DNA of 64,000 nucleotides from an uncultured delta proteobacterium (GTDB taxonomy: Bacteria > Desulfobacterota > Binatia > Binatales > Binataceae): the NCBI GenBank assembly GCA_963711565.1, contig CAVQEQ010000004.1:1571293-1635292 (forward strand), written 5' to 3'. Below the pieces are notes generated by a model. The model worked only from the letters and a program-made list of their open reading frames with translations, was not told the origin of the DNA and ran no database searches. Both the position numbers and the translations under genes were made by a program. Every line of letters starts with the position of its first letter. The stretch's first letter is position 1. Shown here piece after piece: positions 31,488-42,744 of the stretch.

Positions 31488-32960
31488 ATGAGACTGCTCT
31501 ACGTTGATATCGATACTATCCGCGCCGACCATCTCGGCTGCTACGGCTACCGTCGCAACACCAGCCCGGCTATCGACGCGATTGCGCGCGAAGCGATCCG
31601 CTTCGAGTCGGTGTACGCCTCGGACACGCCATGCGGTCCCTCGCGCAGCGCACTAATCTCGGGCCGCTTCGGGATTCATAACGGCGTGGTCGGTCATGGC
31701 GGCACCGGGGCCGATCCATTTCTCGAAGGCGCCGCGCGCGGATTCCAGTCGCGCGGGGCGGCGACCAGTTGGGCGCGCCGGATGCGATCGATCGGAATGC
31801 ATACGGCGACCATCAGCACGTTCGGCGAGCGTCATTCCGCTTATCATTGGGATGCCGGCTTCAACGAGGTTATCAATCTGGGCACGATGGGGTTCGAAAC
31901 GGCCGATCAGGTTGCTCCCCTCGCGCTGGACTGGCTCGCTCGCAACGGCGCGCGCGACAACTGGTTCCTGCACGTCCATCTGTGGGATCCGCACACGCCC
32001 TATCGCACGCCTGACTCGTACGGTGAGCCGTTCGCGAATGATCCCGCGCCCGATTGGATCACCGAGGAGATCCGCGCGCACCATTGGACGATGCCGGGGC
32101 CGCATTCCGCGCAGGAGATGGTCGGGTTCAAGCCCGGCGAACATGGCGTGTCCGAGCGGTTTACGCGACAGCCTCAGCAGGTGACCTCGATGGCCGAGAT
32201 TCGGCGGATGTTCGACGGTTATGACGTGGGCGTCCGCTATGCCGACGATCATATCGGCCGATTCATGAACAAGCTCGCAGAAATTCGAGTGCTCGATGAA
32301 ACCGCGGTGATGATCTCGGGCGATCACGGCGAGACTTTGGGCGAACTGGGCATCTATTGCGATCATCACACGGCCGACGAATGCGTCACGCACTTGCCGA
32401 TGGTGCTGAAGTGGCCGGGACTCGATGGCGGTCGCGTTGACCACCGCCTGCACTACCAGATTGATGTGGCGGCGACCGTCCTCCAGCTTCTCGGCGCGCG
32501 GGTTCCCTCCAACTGGGACGGCGCGGGGTTCGCGGACGCGCTCCGTAAAGGCGTCGAGGCGGGCCGCGAGTATCTGGTCGTCTCGCAGGGCGCGTGGACC
32601 GCGCAGCGCGCAGTGCGCTTCGGCGACTACATCTGCATCCGCACCTACCACGACGGCTATCACGGTGTGCCCGAGATCATGCTGTTCGATCTCAACCGCG
32701 ATCCGCATGAGACTCGCGATCTCGCACAGGAGCAGCCGGAGCTTACGACGCGCGCCCTCGCGAAGCTCGAGGATTGGTATGGGCGACAGATGATGCGATC
32801 GACGACGGGCATCGATCCGCTATGGACGGTGCTGCGCGAGGGCGGTCCGTGGCACGTGCGCGGCCACCTCAAGGAATACCTGGAGCGGCTGCGGGAAACC
32901 GGTCGTGGCGACTGGGCAGATCGCATCGCAGCGGATCACGCCGACGACCTGCGATTCTAA
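31488..32960 (+). CDS. sulfatase (Cys/formylglycine type)
   Basis: DIDTIRADHLGCYGY, CGPSR, HLWDPHTPY, GDHGE. GGAGG lies upstream of ATG 31488. Confidence 0.9.
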   Translation: MRLLYVDIDTIRADHLGCYGYRRNTSPAIDAIAREAIRFESVYASDTPCGPSRSALISGRFGIHNGVVGHGGTGADPFLEGAARGFQSRGAATSWARRMRSIGMHTATISTFGERHSAYHWDAGFNEVINLGTMGFETADQVAPLALDWLARNGARDNWFLHVHLWDPHTPYRTPDSYGEPFANDPAPDWITEEIRAHHWTMPGPHSAQEMVGFKPGEHGVSERFTRQPQQVTSMAEIRRMFDGYDVGVRYADDHIGRFMNKLAEIRVLDETAVMISGDHGETLGELGIYCDHHTADECVTHLPMVLKWPGLDGGRVDHRLHYQIDVAATVLQLLGARVPSNWDGAGFADALRKGVEAGREYLVVSQGAWTAQRAVRFGDYICIRTYHDGYHGVPEIMLFDLNRDPHETRDLAQEQPELTTRALAKLEDWYGRQMMRSTTGIDPLWTVLREGGPWHVRGHLKEYLERLRETGRGDWADRIAADHADDLRF

Positions 32961-34855
32961 ATGGCCCAAAAGCGCAAGCCGATCATTCCCCAGTAGGCCA
33001 GGAAGACCGTCCAGCCGAGGCACGCGAACGCTACCGCTATCGAATGAAGCCGGGCCGCGCGGTTCATCGGGTATCTGAACGAGCGAAGCGCCAGCAGGAA
33101 TCCGGCGGTCGAAAGGATCGCGTAGAGGATTGTCAGCAAACAGATGCTGATTGCAAACGGGCTGGGAGTCGCAAGTGCGAACGTCGATCCGCCGCCGTGT
33201 ATCCACAGCACGATGGCGGCGAGAAAAGTGAGCGATGCGAGCAAGGGGACGACGCGTAGCGCCAGATATTTCACGCCCTTCATTCGTCCAAACATCTTGC
33301 GCGGAATCCACACCAGCGCGAATAGGATCGATGTCGCCATCGTCAGCACCGCACCAACCAGCAAGATGAGCCGCGTCGCGGGCCAGACTGGGCTTACCTT
33401 GCGGAAGCAAGCCAGCTCGCCGCATCCGTAGCCGTTGCCGTCGCTGTCAGCGCAATACACGCCGTCGGCGCCCGATTCCTTTTCGGTGCGAAACTGATTG
33501 TGGCCGAGATAGATTAGTTCCTCCGGAGGACCCGGTATCAGCCCCCGGCGGTAGAGCTTGTCGTGATCGATGTAGGTCCAACCTTCGAGCAGGATCTCGT
33601 CGAGAAACTTGAACTTCTCGTTGCGCGGCGACGCAAACTGGTAGAAGCCGGCCGCCGCACGGACATCCGCGTCGAGCGGCACGGCAGCCGGCTTGGGCGG
33701 AACCTTAACCGTGCGCGTGATGTAGGCGAAGATCAGGCTTTCAATCTGGCTCAGCGCCGGGCTGCTCGCGTTGATCGAGATGAAATAGCCGAGCCCCTGC
33801 TCCGGCATGTACGCGTACGCCGAAAGGAAGCCGTCGAGGCCGCCGTTGTGGCCGTGCGTCTTGATCGGATGCGCGACCGTTACGTAGTTGCCGAGCCCGT
33901 ATCCGTCTTTGAAGCCTGCGCGCGCCGCCAGCCCGGTCTCCGGCGTCTCCATCCGCGCGATTGATTCCGGGCTTACTATCCTCACGCCGTCGAGCGTACC
34001 GCGGTTGAGCATCGAGCGGACGAAGCGCGCCATCTCGTTCGGTGACGCCTTCATCTCGCCGGCCGGGCGCAACAGGATCGGACAGTACGGCACCGGCAGC
34101 GGCGGGTTCCCGCGATAGCCCTGCGCGAGCGCGGCTTTAACGTCGGGAGTAAGGCGCATATCGGAATGCGTCATGGCGAGGGGGCGCAGGATGTTATCCG
34201 CGATGTAGTCCTCGCACGGCTTCCCGGTGAGCTTCTCGATGATGTAGCCGGCGACCCCATAGCCCGGATTCGAATAGGATTGGAGCGTACCGGGACGCCA
34301 TCGCGCGACCTGCGGCTCGGGAAACCTCGCGAAGGTCTCCAACAGCGGCACCTGAGGGCCGCCGCTCATGTCATAGGTCTCCGCGGGCGGCATGTCGTCG
34401 AAGCCGGCGGTATGCTCGAGCAGGTTGACGATTCGTACAGGATCGGTCGCGTCCCATCGATTGACGATTTTCACTTCGGGCGCGATATCGGCAACCTTCG
34501 CATGGAGGTCAACCTTGCCCTGCTCACTCAACTGCAGAAGCGACAGCGCAACGAAACCTTTTGTGATAGATCCGATGCGGAACATCGTGTCCGCGGTGAC
34601 ATCGCGATTCGCCGCCAGATCGGCCTTGCCAACGCCGCCCGCAAAAACGACGCTGTCCTTTGTGACTAAAGCGAAGCCGCACCCAGGCGTGTGAGTACGC
34701 GTGAGGACGTCCGCGATCGCGGCCTTTAGCTGCTCGATCGTCTGCGGCTTGGGCTCGGATGGCTTCGCCGGGCGCGCGCATCCGCTTGTACCTGCGATGA
34801 TCATCGCGATTGCGAGCATCGTGGCCGACGCCCGCAAGCTTCGCTTCATGCGCAT
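32957..34855 (-). CDS. serine hydrolase, beta-lactamase (class C/FmtA-like) family, with lipoprotein signal and C-terminal TM helices
   Basis: FRIGSITK (SxxK), YSN, HNGG, lipobox-like GTSGC and hydrophobic C-terminal helices. Start is uncertain (ORF extends to 34948). Confidence 0.85.
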   Translation of the reverse strand: MRMKRSLRASATMLAIAMIIAGTSGCARPAKPSEPKPQTIEQLKAAIADVLTRTHTPGCGFALVTKDSVVFAGGVGKADLAANRDVTADTMFRIGSITKGFVALSLLQLSEQGKVDLHAKVADIAPEVKIVNRWDATDPVRIVNLLEHTAGFDDMPPAETYDMSGGPQVPLLETFARFPEPQVARWRPGTLQSYSNPGYGVAGYIIEKLTGKPCEDYIADNILRPLAMTHSDMRLTPDVKAALAQGYRGNPPLPVPYCPILLRPAGEMKASPNEMARFVRSMLNRGTLDGVRIVSPESIARMETPETGLAARAGFKDGYGLGNYVTVAHPIKTHGHNGGLDGFLSAYAYMPEQGLGYFISINASSPALSQIESLIFAYITRTVKVPPKPAAVPLDADVRAAAGFYQFASPRNEKFKFLDEILLEGWTYIDHDKLYRRGLIPGPPEELIYLGHNQFRTEKESGADGVYCADSDGNGYGCGELACFRKVSPVWPATRLILLVGAVLTMATSILFALVWIPRKMFGRMKGVKYLALRVVPLLASLTFLAAIVLWIHGGGSTFALATPSPFAISICLLTILYAILSTAGFLLALRSFRYPMNRAARLHSIAVAFACLGWTVFLAYWGMIGLRFWAI

Positions 34856-34992
34856 GCGGAATCTCCTAGCATTTGTTTGAGCCGCCGTGCGACGGTTGAA
34901 GGCGGGCGGTGTCTGCCATCCCAGCAATTGCAGACGCGATCGGAGCATATTAGGGTCTTAAGAAATCGTGCCGCCGCGCCAGTGCGGCCTCA

Positions 34993-36201
34993 ATGGAGAA
35001 CAAAATGGGACGGAAGGTTTACGTCGTAGGTGTTGGGATGACCAAGTTCGAGAAGCCGGGCTCACGGGCCTGGGACTATCCCGACATGGCGAAGGAATCG
35101 GGCACGATGGCTCTGCAGGACGCCGGGATCGCCTACGACCAGGTCGAGCAGGCTGTAGTCGGCTACTGCTATGGCGAATCGACTTGCGGCGAGCGCGCAC
35201 TGTATGGACTCGGCATGACCGGCATCCCGATCTACAACGTCAACAACAACTGCTCGACCGGCTCGACTGCGCTGTTCATGGCCAAGCAATTCATCGAGGG
35301 CGGAATCGCCGACTGCACGATGGCGCTCGGCTTCGAGAAGATGGAGAAGGGATCGCTCGGCGCCAAGTACACCGACCGTACGAATCCGATGGACAAGCAC
35401 GTGATGCTCATGGCCGAGTTGCGCGGCTTTGCGCCGGCGCCGCTGGCGGCGCAGATGTTCGGTAACGCCGGACGCGAGCACATGGATCGCTACGGCACGA
35501 CCGCGCTGCAATTCGCAAAAATCGGATGGAAGAACCACAAGCACTCGGTGAATAACCCCTACTCGCAATTCCAGGATGAGTACTCGCTCGAAGGAATTCT
35601 CAGCGCGCCGATGGTGTATGAGCCGCTCACGAAGCTTCAGTGCTGCCCGACCTCCGACGGCTCCGGCGCGGCAATTCTGGCGAGCGAGGACTTCGTCAGG
35701 AAGCATGGCCTCGAGAACAAGGCCGTCGAGATTCTCGGCATGGCGATGGCGACCGATTTCGCCAGCACGTTCTCCGAGCGCAGTTGCATAAAGATGGTGG
35801 GCTCTGATCTGTCGAAAGCGGCCGCGCACAAAGTCTACGAGCAAAGCGGTCTAGGCCCCGAGAATGTCGATGTCGTCGAACTCCACGACTGCTTCTCGTG
35901 CAACGAGCTGATCACTTACGAGGCGCTGGGGTTGTGCCCCGAGGGTAAGGGCGGTGAGTTTGTCGACGCGGGCGCTAACACTTACGGTGGCAAGGTGGTC
36001 GTGAACCCTTCGGGCGGCTTGATCTCGAAGGGCCATCCCCTGGGTGCAACCGGCCTGGCGCAATGCGCGGAACTCAACTGGCAACTGCGCGGCGAAGCGG
36101 ACAAACGCCAGGTCTCGGGCGCAAAGGTAGCACTGCAGCACAATCTGGGTCTCGGAGGAGCCGCGGTCGTGACGATGTACCGCCGCGCAAGTCTCGTCTG
36201 A
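34993..36201 (+). CDS. SCP-x/lipid-transfer-protein type thiolase
   Basis: [53 protein letters not shown]. Confidence 0.92.
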   Translation: MENKMGRKVYVVGVGMTKFEKPGSRAWDYPDMAKESGTMALQDAGIAYDQVEQAVVGYCYGESTCGERALYGLGMTGIPIYNVNNNCSTGSTALFMAKQFIEGGIADCTMALGFEKMEKGSLGAKYTDRTNPMDKHVMLMAELRGFAPAPLAAQMFGNAGREHMDRYGTTALQFAKIGWKNHKHSVNNPYSQFQDEYSLEGILSAPMVYEPLTKLQCCPTSDGSGAAILASEDFVRKHGLENKAVEILGMAMATDFASTFSERSCIKMVGSDLSKAAAHKVYEQSGLGPENVDVVELHDCFSCNELITYEALGLCPEGKGGEFVDAGANTYGGKVVVNPSGGLISKGHPLGATGLAQCAELNWQLRGEADKRQVSGAKVALQHNLGLGGAAVVTMYRRASLV

Positions 36202-36218
36202 GTCTCGCGGTCGCGGGC

Positions 36219-36788
36219 ATGGCGCAATTCGATACGAATCTGTTGCTGAAGGCTTTGTCGTTCGCAGCCTACAAACATCGTCATCAGCGCCGGAAAGGTG
36301 TCAAGGCGATCCCCTACATCAACCATCCGATCGCGCTTGCCGATCTGCTCGTCCGCACAGCGCACATCAGCGACCCGGAGATAATCGCGACCGCCCTCCT
36401 GCACGATACGGTTGAAGACACGAAGACCACACCGAAGGAACTCGCAAGGGAGTTCGGGCCGGTAATTTCACGATTGGTGGCCGAACTCACCGACGACAAG
36501 AAGTTGACCTTCGAAGAACGGAAGCGCCGACAGGTGGAACACGCTCCATCGCTTTCGCCGCGCGCGAGAATCGTCAAGCTGGCAGACAAGACCTGCAACC
36601 TGAGGGACGTTGTTCAGGATCCTCCGGCCAAATGGACTCTCAAGCGAAAACAGGAATACTTCGACTGGGCAAAAGAAGTAGTCGATAAGATCCGCGGCAC
36701 CAACGTCGAGTTGGAGAAGGCGTTCGACGAAGCGCTCGCGCAACGTCCGGAAAAGCTAGATCGAAACCGGAAGCGGGCGGCCGATTAG
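36219..36788 (+). CDS. HD-domain (p)ppGpp hydrolase, Mesh1/SAH-like
   Basis: HRHQRRKG...PYINHP, ALLHDTVEDT, VKLADK. Standalone, with no synthetase domain. Confidence 0.88.
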   Translation: MAQFDTNLLLKALSFAAYKHRHQRRKGVKAIPYINHPIALADLLVRTAHISDPEIIATALLHDTVEDTKTTPKELAREFGPVISRLVAELTDDKKLTFEERKRRQVEHAPSLSPRARIVKLADKTCNLRDVVQDPPAKWTLKRKQEYFDWAKEVVDKIRGTNVELEKAFDEALAQRPEKLDRNRKRAAD

Positions 36789-37609
36789 CTGCTCCGTCGT
36801 CGGGCATGAGGCCTTCATGTGGCGCTCGAACTCGCGGCGTTCCATCCGAGGCGCCAGGAATCGGTCTCGCCCCCAGTTAGTGAGCATGAAGTAGCGCTCG
36901 ATCGCATCCTCGCCGCGCGGCGCCACGCCCTGATGGAACAAGTACCGCCAGGTTAACACGTGGCGGGCCTCCTCGGGCTTGACGTTGCGATTCACCTGAT
37001 CGACGAGCTGACTAGCTAGCGGATGATTCCATCGCGAACATGCGTCCAGCACGAGCGGAAAGGCGCGCTCAAGGGCGAGCGTCTCGACGCCGCCGAGGAT
37101 GGCCATCATGTCGAGCACCTTCTGCGTGTTGATCGCGGGGTCGGACACCGGCTCGAGAAAGTCGCCGCCGTTGTTGAGCTGCTCCTCGGGCAGCGGCGTC
37201 GGAGCTACGCCGCCCATCTCGTAGTAAGCGGCGCCGAAGACCTTGTCGCCGTGGCCGGCCTCTTCCGCCGATTGCTGGTTGAGTGCGACAAAGGCTGCGT
37301 CGCGCACCCGGGGCGAAAGATCGGAGGCGATTGCGACGCGCGCCCCCTTGTAGGTCGGATCCTGGCCGGCTTTTCGGTCACCGAGTATGCGCGCAGCAAC
37401 AGGTAGAATTGCGCCACGCTCATCGCGTTACCTTCGTAGTCGGTACCGATGATCGGGCGCGGATCGATTCCCCGATCGCCAAGGCGTGCAGAGGCGGTGG
37501 GCAATTCGGCGAGCATCTTCTGCCGGATAAGGTCGTTCAGCCGCTCGCGTTCGGCGCGGATGTTGTCGTTGGCGAATGACGATTCCATGCTTCCGCTCTG
37601 CTCTGCCAT
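36756..37609 (-). CDS. ferritin-like diiron-carboxylate protein of unknown function; frameshift near 37372
   Basis: Adding one A to the run at 37371-37374 joins the two ORFs: TEK-AGQDPTY...QQSAEEAGH...GGVETLA...PEEARH, i.e. E...ExxH...E...ExxH. Confidence 0.7.
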
Positions 37610-37641
37610 CGTGTTTCCTCAGATGCCGGCCAAGTGCCAGC

Positions 37642-37655
37642 CTAACAGACGTTAG
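37642..37655. promoter_or_regulatory. palindromic operator candidate CTAAC-N4-GTTAG
   Basis: Perfect 5-bp inverted repeat in the divergent intergenic region between the ferritin-like gene and the GH29-hsa operon. It overlaps a minus-strand TTGACT. Confidence 0.4.
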
Positions 37656-37732
37656 TCAACCTTACCGGAAGCGATGGGAACGAGGCAAGCGAGTTTGCCT
37701 CTGACGATCCAGCTTCCGAATCAATCAGTGCG

Positions 37733-39025
37733 TTGGACATTCTGCCAGCCGTCGCGCGACAATCGCGCGCTATGGCCAACTGGTTCGATTCGGCGCGGTT
37801 CGGGATGTTCATCTGCTGGGGACACTGCAGCCAGCGCGGCCTCGAGTTGTCGTGGCCGCTGGTGGGCTGGGACCTGCTGCCGTACAACGTCCCGGTTGAG
37901 GAGTACCATTCGACTGCCGCAACCTTCGATCCGGCGCAATTCGATGCGCGCGACTGGGCGCGCTGCGCCAGGCGTACCGGGATGCAGTATGCAGTCTTCA
38001 CCGCCAAGCATCATGACGGCTTTGCGATGTTTCACACGCGCACGTCGGACTACTCGATCGAGCACACGCCGTTCAAGCGGGACATCGTGCGGGAATACGT
38101 CGAGGCGTTTCGCGCCGAGGGCCTGCGCGTCGGACTCTACTTCTCGCTCATCGACTGGCATCATCCCGACTACCCCGCGTTCACCGAGGCCGACAAGCCT
38201 TACAAATGGGAAGCGTGGCGGCGTCCCGCGCCTGAGCAATGGAAGCGGTTTGTTGCCGCGATGTTCACGCAGGTGCGCGAACTGCTCACCAACTACGGTC
38301 AAATCGATCTCCTCTGGTTCGACGGCGGATGGGAGCGCTCTGCGGAGGAATGGAAGTCGCGCGAGCTGGAGCGGATGATCCGCGAGCTCCAGCCCGCCAT
38401 CGTCATCAACGACCGGCTGCCCGGATGCGTCGGCTACGCGAGCCCGGAGCAGGCAGTGCCGGCGCGCCCGCCGGCGGGGATTTGGGAGACCTGCCTGACG
38501 ATGAACGAGAGCTGGGGCCACAATCCGCGCGACCGCTTCTACAAATCCGCGCGATTCCTAGTCAACACCCTGCAAGAGGCCGCGTCCAAGGGCGGCAACC
38601 TGCTACTCAACGTGTCGCCGATGGCCGACGGCACGATTCCGCGCGAACAAGTCGAGCGGCTCGACACGATAAGCGACTGGATGGCGCGCAACGGCGAGAG
38701 TATCGCGGGCGTGCTGCCGGGATTCGAGAGCTGGCAGTTTTACGGACCGTCCACGCGCCGCGCCGTGGCCGCTGGCGCGAGCGAACGGATTTATCTTCAC
38801 CTGACGACACGTCCGTACGAAACGGTCACGGTGCGCGACGTCAGGGTCAAGCAAATCAGAGCTGTACGGGTACTGGGCAGCGGAGATGAACTGCGGTTCT
38901 GGCCCCGAATCGCCGCGGGCCAGATGTTCCTGAACCCGGACCCGACCGGAGCGCTGGTGATCGAGACGCCCGAGAGTGCGCTCGACCCGATCGCGACGGT
39001 GATCGCGATCGATTTCAAAAGCTGA
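37733..39025 (+). CDS. glycoside hydrolase family 29 (alpha-L-fucosidase-like)
   Basis: WFDSARFGMFICWG, TAKHHDGF, LWFDG, INDR, WETCLTMNESWG, GGNLLLNVSP. Start may be ATG 37772. Confidence 0.9.
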   Translation: MDILPAVARQSRAMANWFDSARFGMFICWGHCSQRGLELSWPLVGWDLLPYNVPVEEYHSTAATFDPAQFDARDWARCARRTGMQYAVFTAKHHDGFAMFHTRTSDYSIEHTPFKRDIVREYVEAFRAEGLRVGLYFSLIDWHHPDYPAFTEADKPYKWEAWRRPAPEQWKRFVAAMFTQVRELLTNYGQIDLLWFDGGWERSAEEWKSRELERMIRELQPAIVINDRLPGCVGYASPEQAVPARPPAGIWETCLTMNESWGHNPRDRFYKSARFLVNTLQEAASKGGNLLLNVSPMADGTIPREQVERLDTISDWMARNGESIAGVLPGFESWQFYGPSTRRAVAAGASERIYLHLTTRPYETVTVRDVRVKQIRAVRVLGSGDELRFWPRIAAGQMFLNPDPTGALVIETPESALDPIATVIAIDFKS

Positions 39026-39834
39026 TGGGCGTAATCGCGGCAGAGGCGAATGCGGTGGAAGAGATACGACTTAAGAAAATTGCGGATCGGCTGTTGAGCG
39101 CCGAGCAAACCCGCAAGGCGATCGATCCACCGGCGGCGGAGATGCAACTCTCAGCCGCTGACGCCTATCGGATTCAGATGATCAACGTCGAGCACGCCAT
39201 CGCAGCGGGACGCCGGGTCGTCGGCCGTAAGGTGGGCCTGACGAGTCTCGCGATGCAGAAAATGATAGGCGTCAACGAACCCGATTTTGGCCATCTGTTC
39301 GATGACATGATCCTGGCGAGCGACGAGAAGTGTGAGGTCAACTCGCTTTTGATCCCGCGCGTTGAGCCTGAGATCGCGTTCGTTCTCTCGCGCGAGCTGC
39401 GCGGGCCGGGAATTACGCGCGACGATGCGATTGCCGCAACTGCTTATGTGACGCCAGCGATCGAGATAATCGACACGCGGATTCGCGATTGGAAGATCGC
39501 GCTCGCGGACACGATTGCCGATAACGCGTCGTCGGCTCGGGTCGTGCTCGGCAAGCTGAAAACCTTAGCGACGGCCCACGACCTCGCGAGCATCGCGATG
39601 ACGCTTGAAAAGAACGGGTCCAAAGTCGAGCAAGGCGTCGGCGCCGCGGTGATGGGGCATCCCGCTGAGCCGGTCGCATGGCTCGCCAACAAGCTCGCGG
39701 AGTTTGGACAAACCGTAGCCGCCGGCAGTATCGTCATGCCCGGTGCGTTGTGCCGCGCAATTGACGTGGCCGCCGGCGATTCGATCACGGCGCGGTTTGG
39801 CCCGCTGGGTAAGGTTAGTGTGAGGTTCGTTTGA
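39025..39834 (+). CDS. mhpD: 2-keto-4-pentenoate / 2-hydroxyhexa-2,4-dienoate hydratase (MhpD/HsaE)
   Basis: GRKVGLTS...[30 protein letters not shown]. Confidence 0.9.
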   Translation: MGVIAAEANAVEEIRLKKIADRLLSAEQTRKAIDPPAAEMQLSAADAYRIQMINVEHAIAAGRRVVGRKVGLTSLAMQKMIGVNEPDFGHLFDDMILASDEKCEVNSLLIPRVEPEIAFVLSRELRGPGITRDDAIAATAYVTPAIEIIDTRIRDWKIALADTIADNASSARVVLGKLKTLATAHDLASIAMTLEKNGSKVEQGVGAAVMGHPAEPVAWLANKLAEFGQTVAAGSIVMPGALCRAIDVAAGDSITARFGPLGKVSVRFV

Positions 39835-40739
39835 TGGAATCAACACCGAAAGGCAAGCAGCGAGCGCGATGCGCCATCGTTGGCTCCGGCAACATCGGAA
39901 CCGATCTGATGGTCAAGTTGATCCGCAGCGAGACGCTCGAACTGGTCGCCATTGCGGGAATCGATCCGGCGTCGGCGGGGCTCGCGCGAGCGCGCGATGC
40001 CGGAATTCGCGTTTTCGAAAATGGAATCGACGGCATTCTGACCATGTCGCCGAAGCCCGAAATCGTCTTCGATGCCACCAGCGCGCACTCTCATCTTGTA
40101 CACGCGCCACGCCTGCGCGAAGCGGGGATGATCGCAATCGATCTCACGCCCGCCGCGGTGGGTGACTACGTCGTTCCTGCCGTTAATATCGACGAGCGAC
40201 GCGGCGCGAGAAATCTGAATCTCGTCACGTGCGGAGGACAAGCGACGATTCCGATCGTCGCGGCGGTTAATCGCGTCGCGCCGGTTGAATATGCGGAAAT
40301 CGTTGCGACGATTGCGTCGGCGAGCGCTGGTCCCGGCACCCGGCAGAATATCGACGAGTTCACGCAGACCACCGCGCGCGGGCTCGAGCGATTGGGCGGT
40401 GCGCGGCGCGGCAAGGCGATCATCGTGCTCAATCCCGCCGATCCGCCGATCATGATGCGCGACACGATATACGTACGCTTCGAGGCGGGTGCTTCTCACG
40501 AAGAGATCGCCGCGTCCATCAAGCGGATGGTGCGCGAGATCCAGCAATACGTTCCAGGCTACAGATTGCGCACGGAGCCGCTGTTCGACGCCGACCAGGT
40601 GACGGTGATGCTCGAGGTCGAAGGCGCCGGCGACTTCCTGCCGCGATATTCGGGCAACCTCGACATCATGACTGCTGCTGCCGTGCGCGTCGGCGAGGAA
40701 GCGGCGCGGCATCTGCTCGCTGCGCAGGAGGCGCGATGA
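39831..40739 (+). CDS. mhpF: acylating aldehyde dehydrogenase (MhpF/DmpF/HsaG)
   Basis: [47 protein letters not shown]. Confidence 0.95.
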   Translation: MMESTPKGKQRARCAIVGSGNIGTDLMVKLIRSETLELVAIAGIDPASAGLARARDAGIRVFENGIDGILTMSPKPEIVFDATSAHSHLVHAPRLREAGMIAIDLTPAAVGDYVVPAVNIDERRGARNLNLVTCGGQATIPIVAAVNRVAPVEYAEIVATIASASAGPGTRQNIDEFTQTTARGLERLGGARRGKAIIVLNPADPPIMMRDTIYVRFEAGASHEEIAASIKRMVREIQQYVPGYRLRTEPLFDADQVTVMLEVEGAGDFLPRYSGNLDIMTAAAVRVGEEAARHLLAAQEAR

Positions 40740-41773
40740 AGAAACAACTCAGAATCTGCGACGTGTCGTTGCGCGACGGATCGCACGTCGTGCGCCATCA
40801 GTTCACCACGGAACAGGTCGCGTCAATCGCAAGCGGACTCGACGCGGCCGGCGTTCACATGGTCGAAGTTTCCCACGGCGACGGCTTGGGCGGTTCGTCG
40901 CTGCAATATGGCTTGTCGCTGGTCGACGAACTCGACCTAATCCGCACCGCGCGCTCCGTTCTCTCACACGCCAAGCTCGCAGTTCTTTTGCTGCCGGGAA
41001 TCGGTACGCGCGACGACCTTAAGACTGCGCGCGAACTCGGCGCCGAAGTGGTTCGTGTCGCGACTCATTGCACCGAGGCGGACGTCTCCGAACAGCATAT
41101 CCGGCGCGCTCGCGAGCTCGGCATGGAAGTGGCCGGATTCCTGATGATGGCGCACATGATTCCGCCGAAAGATCTCGCAGCGCAAGCGCGCCTGATGGAA
41201 TCGTACGGCGCGCACGCAGTTTACGTCACCGACTCGGCGGGTGCGCTGACGATGGACGCGACTCGCGATCGCGTGAGGGCGCTGCGCGACGCACTCCGCT
41301 GCGGCATCGGATTTCATGGGCATAACAACCTTTCGCTCGCGGTCGCCAACACTCTTATCGCGATCGAGGAAGGCGCGACCTGGATAGACTCTGCCGTTCG
41401 CGGCTTCGGCGCCGGCGCTGGCAATACTGCGACTGAGGTGCTGGCGGCGGTGCTTGACAAGCTCGGGCTGAATCCCGGCCTCGACGTTCTCAAGCTAATG
41501 GACGTCGCCGAAGAACTCGTGCCTCCGGTCATGCAGAAGCCCGCGACTATCGATCGCGCGGCGCTGACCCTCGGCTACTGCGGGGTCTATTCCAGCTTCC
41601 TGCGGCATGCTGAGCGCGCCGCGGAAAAATTCGGAGTCGACGCGCGCGAGATTCTGATGGAGGTGGGCCGGCGCAAAGCAGTCGGCGGGCAGGAAGATAT
41701 GATCATCGAGGTCGCGCTCGAGCTCGCGCAGACAATGGAAAATTCTCAGCGTGAACCGGCCGGGAAACCTTAG
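40736..41773 (+). CDS. dmpG: 4-hydroxy-2-oxovalerate aldolase (DmpG/MhpE/HsaF)
   Basis: [51 protein letters not shown]. Confidence 0.95.
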   Translation: MKKQLRICDVSLRDGSHVVRHQFTTEQVASIASGLDAAGVHMVEVSHGDGLGGSSLQYGLSLVDELDLIRTARSVLSHAKLAVLLLPGIGTRDDLKTARELGAEVVRVATHCTEADVSEQHIRRARELGMEVAGFLMMAHMIPPKDLAAQARLMESYGAHAVYVTDSAGALTMDATRDRVRALRDALRCGIGFHGHNNLSLAVANTLIAIEEGATWIDSAVRGFGAGAGNTATEVLAAVLDKLGLNPGLDVLKLMDVAEELVPPVMQKPATIDRAALTLGYCGVYSSFLRHAERAAEKFGVDAREILMEVGRRKAVGGQEDMIIEVALELAQTMENSQREPAGKP

Positions 41774-41830
41774 TCTGATCGGACGATTCATCGCGGCTGC
41801 TCCGTCGCGATGATCCAGCCCGAGGATTCC

Positions 41831-42659
41831 ATGACCGCCGGCGCCACTCCGATTCCCGAAGGCAAGTACGCTGTAACTGACGGCGGGCTATCGCTCCATT
41901 ATCACGAAGCCGGAAGCGGCGAGCCGATCGTGTTCCTTCACGGCAGCGGACCCGGCGCGAGTGGCTATAGCAACTTCAAGGGTAACTATCCGGTATTCGC
42001 GGCCAGTGGCTATCGAGCGATCGTGCCGGATTTGCCGGGCTTTGGCCTCTCGTCGAAGCCGGACACTAACTACGTATTGGATTTCTTCGTCGAAGCCCTA
42101 TACGGGCTGATCGACAAGCTAAGCATCGAGCGATGCACGCTGCTCGGCAACTCCTTGGGTGGTGCTATCGCGCTGAAGTACACGTTGGATCATCCGAAAA
42201 TCGTGAGCCGGCTGATTCTGATGGCGCCCGGCGGACTCGAGGAGCTTCCCGCCTACCTGCAGATGGAAGGCATTCGGAAAATGATCGAAGTCTTCTCGGC
42301 GGGCCCGATGGACACCGAATCGATGCGCCGTCTGCTGACGCTGCAACTGCACGATCCCTCGCACATCACAGCGGAGTTGCTCGCCGAACGCGTCGGCGTA
42401 TGCGCGACGCAGCCGCGCACGGTGCTATCGACGATGCGCGTGCCGAACATGGCCGAGCGCCTCGGCGAAATCCGCTGCCCGGTGCTCGGCTTCTGGGGGA
42501 TCAACGATCGTTTCAATCCTGTCGGCGGCGCGACGAAGATTCTTCGAGCGATGCCCGCAAGCGCGCTTCGTGATGCTGAACCGATGCGGCCACTGGGTGA
42601 TGGTCGAGCATCGCGACTTGTTCAATCGAACCTGCCTCGACTTCCTCCGCAACGGGTAG
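41831..42659 (+). CDS. hsaD: meta-cleavage product (C-C) hydrolase HsaD/BphD-like; frameshift near 42543
   Basis: LHGSGPGASGYSNF, GNSLGG, FWGINDRF. The catalytic His segment RCGHWVMVEH...DFLRNG* lies in another frame ending at TAG 42657-42659. Confidence 0.85.
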
Positions 42660-42744
42660 CGTCAGCGCATCGGCCCAACACCTGCTCGCCGAAATCCTTT
42701 CATCGCGAAGGATCGATCATGAGGTCTCTCCGCAATTTGTCGCT

